Part shown: positions 10,824 through 21,093 of the stretch, one piece after another
Layout of the letters: each line of letters opens with the position of its first letter
How positions within the stretch are numbered: position 1 is the first letter of the stretch
NCBI GenBank assembly: GCA_019828565.1
Contig: JAHDYR010000062.1
Span: forward strand, 136,801 to 200,800
DNA from: Carpediemonas membranifera BICM
Taxonomy: Eukaryota; Protista; Fornicata
Direction: 5' to 3'
DNA length: 64,000 bases
The notes under the pieces: model-generated
What the model was told of the DNA's origin: nothing
Database searches by the model: none
What the model saw: only the letters and a program-made list of their open reading frames with translations
Position numbers and translations under genes: made by a program

Positions 10824-11294
10824 TTATTCTTCCACGTCGTCTTCCTCTGTACCGTCCAACCCAGACGCATCCAGCGCCTGAGATGCTGAGACAGTACTGA
10901 CGCGACCAGCTGCCAGGCGCCTGTTGTGTAGCCACGTATAGAGATCAGCTACTGCTTCAGTAGGCACAGGAACATGCACGAAGCTTGCGTCGACTGGAAG
11001 AGCCGGTGGTGATGATACAGAGATGAAGGACCCGGATGACTGGGATGATGAACGGCTGTATTCGCGATGCGAAAGGCCCATTGGAATCTCAGTCATATCT
11101 GCCTTGTCGAGGATAACTTGAACCGCCCATGAAGCGATTCTCTCAACCGGAAGGCGCTTCGCTGTCCCATTCGCCGTCAGTATGTCTCGCATTGTCCCCA
11201 AAATGCTACACCCACCATCTAGCTTGTTTTTAAGGGTAACAAGCGGGCAGGTTCCGGCGTGATGGCCTGTTGCGCGGCATATAGTACAAGGCAT
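10824..11294 (-). CDS. Second gene of the DD37E transposon: CCHC zinc-knuckle protein (156 aa)
   Basis: MPCTICRATGHHAGTC = CX2CX4HX4C; the ATG lies 36 nt inside the right TIR; convergent with the transposase. Confidence 0.7.
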   Translation of the reverse strand: MPCTICRATGHHAGTCPLVTLKNKLDGGCSILGTMRDILTANGTAKRLPVERIASWAVQVILDKADMTEIPMGLSHREYSRSSSQSSGSFISVSSPPALPVDASFVHVPVPTEAVADLYTWLHNRRLAAGRVSTVSASQALDASGLDGTEEDDVEE

Positions 11295-11846
11295 TCCAAC
11301 TTTCCTTTGAATGAATCAAAAATCCTTTTGGAATGCGTCATTTAGTTTGGTTCTCACAATATTTCTACCTTGATCGCTCCCTTTGATGCCGTGCTTCTTG
11401 CCTCTGACGCTGGGGAAGTTTTCGCGCTCTGCCGGACCCTCGTCAGCCTGAGGTCGCCCACGCCGGCTAGCACGCCTGAAGCGGCCAAAGAGTCAGCCCG
11501 GATCTTTATCCAAGATGAGCTGGCTGAGGTTGCGTCCCTGGCGACCCGCGCCAGCTGTACAGCTGCCCACGCACGCTGGGTAACGCGCGCCTGGCTGACT
11601 ATGCCATCGCTTTCAAGGGGTCTAACAGCGTCTCCCAGTTCCATTAACTGGTTTATCCTCACATGAAACAGACTGTAAATATTATCCGCAAATATGGTAA
11701 GGTAACTCGTGTCGCTAATGGAATGGAATGGACTGTGAGATGGCATGGTCCCAGAAGTCGATGCATTCAAGCGTCGCATCCATGAGCGCGTGTTCGATCA
11801 CCGTGGGCACGTGTCCACAATCTTTATTGCCATATATACACTCGAT

Positions 11847-14702
11847 CTACATTAATGACATGAGATCCTCCGAAATAAGAGGCATCTCCAAATCCCCGGG
11901 CAGGAGCATCAGCGGCGTTCCGACCTGCGTCGTCTCGCCAGACTGTGCTGCCGTCCCAGCCGCCGTGACAGCCGTCTCTACCTCAATCAGCGGTGACGTC
12001 GCGTCGGCTCCGTTGTCCCCGAACTCCGACGCCGCGCTCTCGTCGTCGCTTCCATCGCTGCTCTCGTCGCTCGAGTCCTGCGGCATGAACGTCAGAGGGG
12101 CGGCCTTCCTCTTCCGTGGCAGATCTGTCACCAGGCTCTGGGCCTTGGCGGCCTCCTCCGCCTGCTTCGCCTCCATCTCCAGCACCCACGGCGGCACCGT
12201 CTTGTCCAACCGAGGCGGACACAGCCCGATGTTGCCTGAGGCGGTCCAATCCGCCTGGCGCCGCTGCTCGGCGGCCTGGTCAAACGCCTCGAACTGCTTG
12301 AACTCGTCCTCCGACCTTGCGATGATCTCGTTGATCTCCGTCGCGGTGGGGATGTTCCGCTCAGTCTCGGGGGCCTCCTCTAGGATGAGACGCTTGAGCT
12401 CCTCCTTGCGCTCCTTGGCGCTGCTCTTCTCGCCCCCCTTGGTGCCGAACTCGCCGGCCTGTATGATGACGCTCGTCATGCCCATTTTCCGGTCCGCCGC
12501 GGCCAGGATACGCTCCTCAATGGGCGCGGCTGACACGAGCCTGAGCACCTTGACCTCGGACGTCTGTCCGATCCTATGGGCCCTGGCCTGGGCCTGTGCA
12601 TCCATCTGTGGGTTCCAGTCCGAGTCGAAGATGATGACGGTGTCAGCCGTCTGGAGGTTGATGCCGAGCCCGCCGGCCCTCGTTGTGAGCAGAAAAGCGA
12701 AGAATTCGCTGTTTGCCTTGTTAAACGCATCTAACAGCGGTTGGCGCTCCTCTGCCTTCGTTGTCCCGTCGAGCCTGAGGAACTTCATGTTCTTGTACAC
12801 CATGTAATTGCCCAAAGTGTCCAGCAGCTGCTTCATCTGGCTGAATATCAGCACGCGGTGGCCTGTCGCGTGCAGTTTGGGCAGGACGCGGTCGAGGAGC
12901 TCGAACTTGCCCGACACGCGCCATATCTGGTCGTCGAGGGGTGCGTCGTGGAACATGTAGGGGTGCAGACAAACCTTGCGGAGCTGCATCTCGACGTTTG
13001 TCAGCGCCCTCGTCTGCCCCCCCGACGTGAGCATCGCCGTGCCCTGTGACTGGACTTGCCGGTACATATGGGCCTGCCAGCCGCTGAGGGCACATCGGAC
13101 GACGGCCTCTGTCTTCCGGGGGAGCTGTCTCGCAACGTCGGCCTTGACGCGTCTGAGGAGGAAAGGCCGCAGGATCTGGTGGAGCCGCTCGATGATGACA
13201 AGTCGCTCTTCCTCAGTGGTCTCCATGGCCTCGTCCTGCTCCAGCTTGGCGAACGGGGCGTTGAACCATTGTTCGAAGTTGTCGCTCGAGTCGAAGATGG
13301 AGGGCAGGATGAAGTTGAGCAGAGACCATAGCTCCGTGAGGTTGTTCTGTAGCGGTGTGCCCGTCAATATCAGCCGGTTGTGTGATGTCACGTGTGTCTT
13401 GAGGACAGTGCTGAGCTTGCTGTTGTGGTTCTTGATCCTGTGACCCTCGTCTACAACGACGTACTGCCAGTGCACCTTCTTCAATACAGTCACGTCCTTG
13501 AGCATGTAATCAAATGATGTGAGGAGAACATTAAACCGCTCGTTCAACACGTCCGTCTTGAGCGCCTTGCGGGCCTTAGGGGGGCCTATGTAGCTCAGCA
13601 CCTTGAGACTAGGGCACCACTGCTTGAACTCGGCCTCCCAGTTGGGCAGGGTTCCCAGGGGGACAAGAATGATGTGGGGTCCGGGTATCCTGGCGGATTC
13701 CTGCATGTAAGACAGAAAGGCGATCGTCTGGATAGTCTTGCCGAGACCCATCTCGTCGGCCAGGATCCCGTTGAGCCGGCCCCTGTGGAGAGAGGCGAGC
13801 CACCGCACGCCCTCGAGCTGGTACGGCTTGAGCGTCCCCCCGACCAGGATGGCGGGCTGCTGGATGTCGCTCAGGGCGCTGCTGTGGACGGCCTCGTGGT
13901 AGTTGTCCGTGACTCCGCCCGACACGTTCCTAGCGAGTGCCTTGAGGTAGGAGTCTGTCTCCTGGAGAAGATGTGTGATCCGGTCGTTCTTCATGTTCCG
14001 GACCAGGCTCACGTACTCGTCGTAGCGGTTCTCCTTCAGGGCGCGGAGACGGAGGCGCTCTTCGCGTTCCCGCTCACGCTCCTTCTCGCGCTCTTCCTGG
14101 CGGGCTCGTTTCGCGATGCCCTTGGAGATGACGGCGTATGAACGGTGCTTGCTCGCCTGGTGCTCCCTGAACGACTGCACGCCCATCACGAGAGCCTTGA
14201 CGAATGTGAGACGGCGCTCAGACCGTCTGGTACTGACCTCGTGCTGCGAGGCGCTGAGTAGCTCGGGATAAGTGCGTCCGTCGAGGACGGGGATGGCGCG
14301 GTGCTTGGAGCAGGTCTCCGGGGAGCCGTGGTCGACGGTGGTGAGGGCTGATGACCGGAAAGCAGCGAGCATGCGGTCACGGAGGTGCCGTTGGAGGGTG
14401 AAGAGGTTCAGCGCTTTCCACTCGATGAGATAGGCCAGCTTGTCCTCGTCTGAAACACTCCGGTGGTTCAAAAGGCGTTGGAGATCCTCTAAACGGATGC
14501 GGACTTTGTCGTGGATCTCCTTGTTGCGCACCGCCTGAGCTTGGTCGACGGTTATTGCGGCGCCAACAACGGGCGCCGTAATGGGGATATTGCGCCCGGA
14601 TTGTGTGAAACAAAGCTGTGTGAGCTGCCTTGCCCTTGGCGCTGATGTATTCGGTCCAGAACTTGGCGACATCACACGGTTTCCGCCAACTAACGCGAGC
14701 AC
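11847..14702 (-). CDS. SNF2-family chromatin-remodelling ATPase (BRM/SMARCA2-4/STH1-like); true start probably further upstream
   Basis: HSA-like ERERLRLRALKENRYDEYVSLV..RITHLLQETDSYL; GTLKPYQLEG; GILADEMGLGKTIQT; VVDEGHRIKN; LTGTPLQNNLTELWSLLNF; TRAGGLGINLQTADTVIIFDSDWNPQMDAQAQARAHRIGQ. Confidence 0.95.
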   Translation of the reverse strand: MLALVGGNRVMSPSSGPNTSAPRARQLTQLCFTQSGRNIPITAPVVGAAITVDQAQAVRNKEIHDKVRIRLEDLQRLLNHRSVSDEDKLAYLIEWKALNLFTLQRHLRDRMLAAFRSSALTTVDHGSPETCSKHRAIPVLDGRTYPELLSASQHEVSTRRSERRLTFVKALVMGVQSFREHQASKHRSYAVISKGIAKRARQEEREKEREREREERLRLRALKENRYDEYVSLVRNMKNDRITHLLQETDSYLKALARNVSGGVTDNYHEAVHSSALSDIQQPAILVGGTLKPYQLEGVRWLASLHRGRLNGILADEMGLGKTIQTIAFLSYMQESARIPGPHIILVPLGTLPNWEAEFKQWCPSLKVLSYIGPPKARKALKTDVLNERFNVLLTSFDYMLKDVTVLKKVHWQYVVVDEGHRIKNHNSKLSTVLKTHVTSHNRLILTGTPLQNNLTELWSLLNFILPSIFDSSDNFEQWFNAPFAKLEQDEAMETTEEERLVIIERLHQILRPFLLRRVKADVARQLPRKTEAVVRCALSGWQAHMYRQVQSQGTAMLTSGGQTRALTNVEMQLRKVCLHPYMFHDAPLDDQIWRVSGKFELLDRVLPKLHATGHRVLIFSQMKQLLDTLGNYMVYKNMKFLRLDGTTKAEERQPLLDAFNKANSEFFAFLLTTRAGGLGINLQTADTVIIFDSDWNPQMDAQAQARAHRIGQTSEVKVLRLVSAAPIEERILAAADRKMGMTSVIIQAGEFGTKGGEKSSAKERKEELKRLILEEAPETERNIPTATEINEIIARSEDEFKQFEAFDQAAEQRRQADWTASGNIGLCPPRLDKTVPPWVLEMEAKQAEEAAKAQSLVTDLPRKRKAAPLTFMPQDSSDESSDGSDDESAASEFGDNGADATSPLIEVETAVTAAGTAAQSGETTQVGTPLMLLPGDLEMPLISEDLMSLM

Positions 14703-15171
14703 TTTAAGGTTGGCGGCGCGTACGCCGGCATCCTGGGTAGCATAGTCAAATGAGATGCCCCGTAATCAGCGCGTGGCTTCATCACCATGTCCTATTCATT
14801 CCTGCGCACCCCAGCAGCGATGACACTTCAGATCAATCTGATGGATAATAATGCCGTCGCATGCTCTGTACTCCTAAAACACTGTGGAGAAGGGACATGG
14901 CGCCCAGTCATGGTAGTAACGGCCACCGGACACACTGCCATTGACCGATGGACTGCGGTGGCCACCCCGCAAAGGTCTACACGGGGTTCGCACTGGGGCT
15001 CGTAGGCTTGGCTATATAACCTGTCGCTGCACAATACAGACCGGGTGGCCTGCCAGGGACTCAATCCCCAGCCCCCATCAATGCCGATGACATCACCCGG
15101 CTGACCCCATGAGCGCCCCGAAGATGAGTTTACTCCGCAAACAACACTGCTACAGTTACACACACGCTATG

Positions 15172-17241
15172 CTACATAATATCGTCGTCAAACCCCACAT
15201 TAACGTCGCTCATCCTCAGCCTGCTCCGGGGTCGCGCCCCGACACTCTTGGGCCTTCGCTGCTTCTTCCCCGCCTTGATCGCCTGCACGGCCGTGAACCT
15301 CGCTCCGCTCATCGGCCGGCCCATCGCCCCAGCACTCGGCGGCCGCTGCGACTTGATTGCCTCCTTCGCCTCCACCATGGCGGTCACCTCGCTGCGGACA
15401 GCGCGGCGGTACGGTGTTATCGGATTGGGGTCCACGGGCGGCGGGGTGACTGAACGAACGGCGGCGCGGAGAGAGGTGACACTGCCGTCATTGGCTGTGT
15501 TCTTGCCGGAAACCCACTCAGCCACCTTCTTATGGATGGCAAGAGCGGTCTGGGCACTCACTGGCCGCTTGTGGGGGGCGGAGTGGGCTCGTACTGTCGG
15601 CCTCAATCTGGGGACCGGGGCATTCCCACTGGCGGGTGGCGTCTCACACCCTGGTTGGTCAACGCGGGTCAACGGACGGGGCGGCGTCTTGTTCCTGCTC
15701 GGCGTAGGGGTGGCCTCGGCGTCGGGCCCCAGCTCCCGGGGGACGGCGGGGGCTCGCACTGGCGGTGACACGAGCCTGGCCGTCTCCTGGCCGACTATGC
15801 TGCTGTCCTTGATATCCCAGGCCTTGGGCCCCTTCGCCCCCGCCTCCACCATGGGGCAGTCGTCCTCCGGTGCCAAGCGGGACCCGTAAATCACAGATAT
15901 CGGCTGATTATGGGATACCGCCGTTTGGGTCTCTGGGGTGCGAGCCCGACCGCCACGCGAGACCGACTTCCGCCGCGTCCCCAGCACCGACCGGGACCTC
16001 ACACTCGCACTAGCCCTCGACCGGGACCGTGGCCGCCCCATCTGACTCTGTGACCGCATTGGTGGGTCGTCCCCCATGTCATGGCTAGGAGTCTGCCCGT
16101 AGCCATATGAGTAATTCAAACGGGACTCCGGGCCGTCGAGGTTCATTCCCTCTACCGTGTGGCGCCACCCGGCCTCTCTCTCGGCCCTGTCCGCGTGTCG
16201 GGCCGACTTGAGACGCGCCGCTTGCTTGTTTGCCCTACGGATCTCAGAGGCGCCAACGAACTCGTTCTTGCGGGGTGCTGTCCTCGCTCGCCTCTTGACC
16301 TTTCGGGTGCCTGTATTAGGTCTTGCCGTCCCTTCCGTGGATCCGAACGGTGCCCTCCTCGCGGCCGAAGCTGGTGTCACATCGCCCAGGTTCCTAGGGG
16401 AGTCATCGCCCAAGCTGCTCCCCTCACCCGTAGCATCTGACGCAAAATCGCTTTCAAACCCTGCCTCCAGCGCGTCCTGGATCTGCTTGATCTTGTACGC
16501 TGCAGACCCAGTGATGTCCACAGCCATTCCGTCCAGGAGCGTGTCCGACAGCGTCAGCAGACTGTCCGAGTCGTCCGGCACGTCCAGAAGCTCGCCCCCA
16601 CTGTCATCACGACCGTGCCCTGGCCCAGACCTTGGCCTCATCCCCTGTCTTGTCCCCGGCCGCGAGGTCGAGCCCCGCGCTGCTGGCGGCCGGAGTCCCG
16701 TTCTCGAGGTCACCGCCCACCCCAGGATCAGGGCCAGACACCTCAACAGGATCGTGGTGTCAGTCTCCACTGTCTCCGGTACCGGCGGCGTCTTGTTGTC
16801 TGTAATTCTCAGCAGGAACGGCAGGGCGCCCTGGGGCAGGCCGAGGCTGATGAGGCAGTCGGCGTGAAGCTTCAGTGCAAAGACGTTCGTCGGTTGCTCC
16901 TTGATAACCAGGTCGCAGTCTATGAGACAGGACTCGTACCGTTTCATGAGGTAGAAGGCGCTAGCCCGCAGTAGGAGCAGGTCAGCCGGTGTTCGGGTCC
17001 TCATCGTCAAGAGAGCCATCTTAGAGACAAGTGCTACCGCGTTTTGAAGGTCTTGCGCTACAAATGCTTGTGTGATCTGCCGTATGCTCTGTACAATGGT
17101 CTCCTTGTTGGAGTTCGCGGAGACTGATTGCCGTGCGGGCCCGGGACTGCGTGCTCGAGCTGGAGCTACCGGTCGTGCGGTGCTTTGCCTTATTGGATGC
17201 TGCATTTGGCTCCGCTGTATTCGATGCGGGCCTGGATACAT
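15172..17241 (-). CDS. Protein with N-terminal TPR-like repeats and a long disordered Arg/Ser/Pro-rich C-terminus
   Basis: 689-aa ORF; LLLRASAFYLMKRYESCLIDCDLVIKEQPTNVFALKLHADCLISLG matches the TPR consensus. Confidence 0.75.
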   Translation of the reverse strand: MYPGPHRIQRSQMQHPIRQSTARPVAPARARSPGPARQSVSANSNKETIVQSIRQITQAFVAQDLQNAVALVSKMALLTMRTRTPADLLLLRASAFYLMKRYESCLIDCDLVIKEQPTNVFALKLHADCLISLGLPQGALPFLLRITDNKTPPVPETVETDTTILLRCLALILGWAVTSRTGLRPPAARGSTSRPGTRQGMRPRSGPGHGRDDSGGELLDVPDDSDSLLTLSDTLLDGMAVDITGSAAYKIKQIQDALEAGFESDFASDATGEGSSLGDDSPRNLGDVTPASAARRAPFGSTEGTARPNTGTRKVKRRARTAPRKNEFVGASEIRRANKQAARLKSARHADRAEREAGWRHTVEGMNLDGPESRLNYSYGYGQTPSHDMGDDPPMRSQSQMGRPRSRSRASASVRSRSVLGTRRKSVSRGGRARTPETQTAVSHNQPISVIYGSRLAPEDDCPMVEAGAKGPKAWDIKDSSIVGQETARLVSPPVRAPAVPRELGPDAEATPTPSRNKTPPRPLTRVDQPGCETPPASGNAPVPRLRPTVRAHSAPHKRPVSAQTALAIHKKVAEWVSGKNTANDGSVTSLRAAVRSVTPPPVDPNPITPYRRAVRSEVTAMVEAKEAIKSQRPPSAGAMGRPMSGARFTAVQAIKAGKKQRRPKSVGARPRSRLRMSDVNVGFDDDIM

Positions 17242-17419
17242 GGTGCTTCAGTTCAACGATGGGTTGGAAAAATTGTTACGATGGCCATGTAATACGTAAT
17301 TCAAGAAAATGGCGCCTTGCTCAGTTCCACCAGAGAGCCCATGGCCCAGGACATGCGTCTATATCCGTACCACTGCCCCAGCGGCACAACATAACCGTCC
17401 GTTCCTAAAAACAATATAT

Positions 17420-18112
17420 TTACTCGACGTCGATTACATCCACGACGTTCGGCAGGTGCTTCTGAACCACTCTGCTGACAAACCCGCGCATGGTGGACTT
17501 GCTGTGCGCACACCCAGAGCACGCGCCCTTCAGCCTCACGTACAGCACGCCTCTTGGATACCCATGAGTCTCATCAATTGATTTGTCCTCCATCTCAGCG
17601 AACTCGACTATCTCCATGTCGCCCTTGTCCTGTTGCAATGCTGGTCTGATCGCAAGGTCAAGCACCTTCTGGAGGTGGGCCATGTGCAGCGGCTGGCCGT
17701 CGAGTTCTTCTGCCGTCGGGGCGGGGATGGAGATCTTCTTGAGGCCATCGTCGGTGGGTGGGGCTGGGCGGTTGAGGATGCCCTGGCCGCTCTCGATGAA
17801 GGCTGTGAGCTCTTGAACGAGAGGATTGTTCAGCTTCTTGAAGTCGGACGCGCTGTTGAAGCGCATGATAAGCATATCCTTGCCAAAGAGCACTGAGCGA
17901 ACCTTTTCATGTTCAAAAAGCTTCGCTGCCAGTGGAGAATCCTTCGCCGCGCTGCGTGTTACCTCAACAAGCTTGCTATTGTCGAGTGCAGGATCAATGA
18001 CCGTATCTGCCTGGAATTTGAAGTAATTAGGCAATGTAGTCTTGCTTGCAGTAAACGAAAGCCATCTGGCGTTGTGTAGTGCCCCAGTCCAGGTCGACAA
18101 CATGTGCTGCAA
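17420..18112 (-). CDS. NFU1: NFU1-type Fe-S cluster carrier with a probable organellar targeting presequence
   Basis: Nfu_N region (TTLPNYFKF...SPLAAKLF...VRSVLFGKDMLI) and NifU_C region (IRPALQQDKGDM...GVLYVRLKGACSGCAHS) with the CxxC motif. Confidence 0.9.
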   Translation of the reverse strand: MQHMLSTWTGALHNARWLSFTASKTTLPNYFKFQADTVIDPALDNSKLVEVTRSAAKDSPLAAKLFEHEKVRSVLFGKDMLIMRFNSASDFKKLNNPLVQELTAFIESGQGILNRPAPPTDDGLKKISIPAPTAEELDGQPLHMAHLQKVLDLAIRPALQQDKGDMEIVEFAEMEDKSIDETHGYPRGVLYVRLKGACSGCAHSKSTMRGFVSRVVQKHLPNVVDVIDVE

Positions 18113-18204
18113 TCACCTGATGACCGCCATGGGCCCTAGTGAACTCTGATCCCCTTGCTCGCCTTGCCGGCGTCATTTATGGTCTATACATGCCAAGCAC
18201 CTCA

Positions 18205-21093
18205 TTAGGAAAACCGGTCGAGGCCCCTATGGCGTCTCTTAAACTGCGCTAACTTCGTCTCGAGACTAGACATCCTCTGGGCATACAGCACGGAAGGTGA
18301 CTGGCCAATCATGCTACTACGGCGTGCCAGGCCCGGTGACCGAGCCCTGCTGAGGAGTGTGCTGCCCGTGGTGGGGCCCGCGGTGATCATCGACGGCCCG
18401 TGACTCAGTGAGATAAGCCGACTATCGCCCAGATCATGTCGGGGGTCGACCCCGCTGGCCTGGGTCGCTGGGGAGTCAGTCGCTGTCGCCTCGGTGCGGG
18501 TGGCCACTGGGACGGCGCTGGCGGCAGCAGCTCTGCTTATGCTATGCCGAGCAGTCTTCTGCAAGTCCATCACTTGTTTCATAAATGACTGGCGGAGGTC
18601 CTCGAGCTGAAGCATGGTCTCCTTCGCCAGGGCGTCCAGGTTGGTCTTGTGTTGGAATCGGACCCGACCTAAAGCTGCGTGGTAATCAATCTTCTCAAGC
18701 GAATCTGGGTCGGCCTGAGCTAGATCTGATACAACCTGGTCGATCGCTGATAAAGATTCAGAAACATGTGTCCGGACAAAATCTTCGTCAACACGAGACA
18801 TCTCCGCCGGAACTTGGATCGATGACAGTCCCAGTGCACCCTCGAAGTCCGGCACCTTACGTGTCATTTTCCGGGCCCCAGTGTCAGTGTACAAGTCATC
18901 CGCAGTCATTACTCCGCTCTTTGACATCACAGACGGCATACCCGTGCCGGATTGTGACTGTTTGTTCCCCGACTGGTTCTGGGACCGCGGCTGGGTGACC
19001 GGCGCGTAGCTGGGAGCCATGGCGGGGGCGTGGGACTGGGTCAGGGGGGCGGGCCCGGCGTCAGGGTCGAACCGCTCGGTCTGCTGACTCAGTGCAGACC
19101 TGCGGGTACTAGCTCTTCTCCGCGACGCATCCACGGCCTCTTCCCTCCGATCGACAGTGGCCCTGCCCCACCCGTGATTGACGGAGTCCTCAGCCTCGGA
19201 CACGTCGTCCTCCACGCGGTACTGCCCGTGACTGCCCAGGCCTGGATGAGTCGAGTCGCGGGTCGAAGTCATGCCGGCTGGGGTGAGGGTGACAGCCTCC
19301 GCCTCGGCTTCCTCAACATCATCGATGTCGTCGAACTCCTCTAACTCCTCCTCAACACCGCTCTCAACAGTCTGGCCTGCTGCCAGGTTCGACGACGACA
19401 GCTTGAGCGGCGAGATTGCAAGTGGGACTCCGGTTGAGTCGCCCTCCTCCAGCTCGACGGCCGACTCGTCCTCCCAACCAGATGACATCCCAGCCTCCTC
19501 GATGATCGGCGAGAGCACCGCCGTGAGAACCGCCTTGTCCTCCTCGGGGCGGGTCGGGGCAGCAGTGGGGGCGGGGGAGTCGGCGCAGGGTTTCTGGACA
19601 GGGCCGCCGGGGCTGGATTGGGTCTGCTCTACAGTCTCAGCGGCGATGGGGATCTCGGCGAGCTGCTCTAGATGGTCGGACTGACCCTCGGCCGGGGCTG
19701 CCCCGGTGCCCACCGACTCAGCACTGGGCCCCACCGCGTCCAAACTTTCATCCTCGCCCGCACCAACGCCGTGACCCACTCCAGCACCAGTCTCCGCGAC
19801 GTCCACAGCCGCGTCAACCGAGACAGACTCACTCGGTACTGTGGTGGCCTCCACCCCAGTTCCGACGGCAGTGCCGGAACCCTGAGACGCGGCGTCCTTG
19901 AGGGTGGGTGTATTTGGCCCTGTGTCAGTCCCTACGCCGATAGTGTCTGCATGCACGATGTGTGACTGACTCGAAGAATTCCGGAAAGTGCGCATGTTAT
20001 CAGGAGTCATCAAAGTCATGTCTTCGCCCGTATCTGTCATATCTCCCATATCATCGATTGACGCCGACCACCCAGGTGTGTTCCACCTTCCATTCCCGGT
20101 CTGCAGCGGGTCTAAGGGCCCGTCGACTGCTCCCTCGCCCTTAGCCCACTCCCAGAGCCGACCGAGAGAGTCAACGGCGGTCTTCCTGACGCTGCCACTG
20201 GTCCCAATGGAGGCCTTGCCAGGCCCGCTGAGGTATTTGACCCAGCCCCACACTGACTGGGCGACGTAGGGCAGCTCGCCCCTGCTGATAACTGATACCA
20301 GGCCGGGGAGGGTCAGGCATGCCGTGCGGCACGGTCCTGATCTGCCCTGGGTCACGGCTACAAGGTGGTCTTCTAGTAGCACGCCAGCTGTGTCTGGCAG
20401 GAGGACGAGAGACGACGGCGGGGCCGACAAGAGCCTCTGTCGGAGAGAGACACGCAGCGTTGAGTTCATTGGCCCATCCACTGTCAGGGCGAGAGCTTGG
20501 GTGAATGCCTCGGTGAGCACATGCCTGGGGTGGGTCTGCACTGAGCCGAGAAGCCCAGAGAGACATGCGCACGCAGCAGCAGCCTGGGCCTGGGTCGTGG
20601 CATCCATCACGGAGATAATCACCGGGTGTACCAGCTGCAGCAGGTTCCCGTCTCTTGGGAGAATGTGCCCCGATATGGTGTCGCACAGTGAGCTTAGGTC
20701 GGCATCGGGGCACGTCTGGCTGCGGGCTGCTAGGGCCAGGATCGTGTGAATGATGTGCACCATGACATGGGTATCACGACTGGGGTTACCCTGTAGCGTG
20801 CCGATGGCGAAAGAGAGAAGTTTTGCCTTGGCACTGGTGAACGATCGGCGACATGAAGCAAGTAGGATAACGACAGGTACGATGGAGTTTGCACTCGGGA
20901 ACTTGGAAATTCGTTGACGAATGTCTTCAATTAGTGGAGTGTCAGTCATGGCGTCGTCCTTCAACTGATCTAAGGCTTGTTGAAGCTGGATCATGAGACG
21001 GGTGGGAACATTTGCATTCATTGCCGCCTCATAGTCGCTTTGAAATATTTCGTTGCATTCTGATGGAAGAAAGAAGTCTATATCGTGCTCCAT
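18205..21093 (-). CDS. Hypothetical protein (962 aa): helical N-terminus, acidic low-complexity middle, C-terminal coiled coil
   Basis: Long uninterrupted ATG ORF on the same strand as its neighbours; no family recognised. Confidence 0.75.
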   Translation of the reverse strand: MEHDIDFFLPSECNEIFQSDYEAAMNANVPTRLMIQLQQALDQLKDDAMTDTPLIEDIRQRISKFPSANSIVPVVILLASCRRSFTSAKAKLLSFAIGTLQGNPSRDTHVMVHIIHTILALAARSQTCPDADLSSLCDTISGHILPRDGNLLQLVHPVIISVMDATTQAQAAAACACLSGLLGSVQTHPRHVLTEAFTQALALTVDGPMNSTLRVSLRQRLLSAPPSSLVLLPDTAGVLLEDHLVAVTQGRSGPCRTACLTLPGLVSVISRGELPYVAQSVWGWVKYLSGPGKASIGTSGSVRKTAVDSLGRLWEWAKGEGAVDGPLDPLQTGNGRWNTPGWSASIDDMGDMTDTGEDMTLMTPDNMRTFRNSSSQSHIVHADTIGVGTDTGPNTPTLKDAASQGSGTAVGTGVEATTVPSESVSVDAAVDVAETGAGVGHGVGAGEDESLDAVGPSAESVGTGAAPAEGQSDHLEQLAEIPIAAETVEQTQSSPGGPVQKPCADSPAPTAAPTRPEEDKAVLTAVLSPIIEEAGMSSGWEDESAVELEEGDSTGVPLAISPLKLSSSNLAAGQTVESGVEEELEEFDDIDDVEEAEAEAVTLTPAGMTSTRDSTHPGLGSHGQYRVEDDVSEAEDSVNHGWGRATVDRREEAVDASRRRASTRRSALSQQTERFDPDAGPAPLTQSHAPAMAPSYAPVTQPRSQNQSGNKQSQSGTGMPSVMSKSGVMTADDLYTDTGARKMTRKVPDFEGALGLSSIQVPAEMSRVDEDFVRTHVSESLSAIDQVVSDLAQADPDSLEKIDYHAALGRVRFQHKTNLDALAKETMLQLEDLRQSFMKQVMDLQKTARHSISRAAAASAVPVATRTEATATDSPATQASGVDPRHDLGDSRLISLSHGPSMITAGPTTGSTLLSRARSPGLARRSSMIGQSPSVLYAQRMSSLETKLAQFKRRHRGLDRFS

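Larger units (their letters stand above)
3671..11359 (+). mobile_element. Tc1/mariner-IS630 (DD37E) DNA transposon, ~1.65 kb once the nested LTR element is removed
   Basis: Imperfect TIRs: left TTGTCGAAGCCAGAATAAATGACGCATTC (3671-3699); reverse complement of right TTGTGAGAACCAAACTAAATGACGCATTC (11331-11359). Flanked by TA on both sides (3669-3670, 11360-11361). Encloses a DDE transposase. Confidence 0.85.

Noticed and set aside
10824-11294. Fanzor/TnpB nuclease in the Tc1/IS630 element
   Set aside because: Only 156 aa, with no RuvC motifs; only a CCHC knuckle is visible.
11354-11779. 141-aa minus-strand ORF ending in the right TIR (possible gene truncated by the transposon)
   Set aside because: No recognisable similarity, and I could not find an in-frame continuation on the other side of the transposon.
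11728-20749. Long plus-strand ORFs opposite SNF2, the TPR gene and the 962-aa gene
   Set aside because: Antisense shadows of GC-rich coding sequence, with no motifs.
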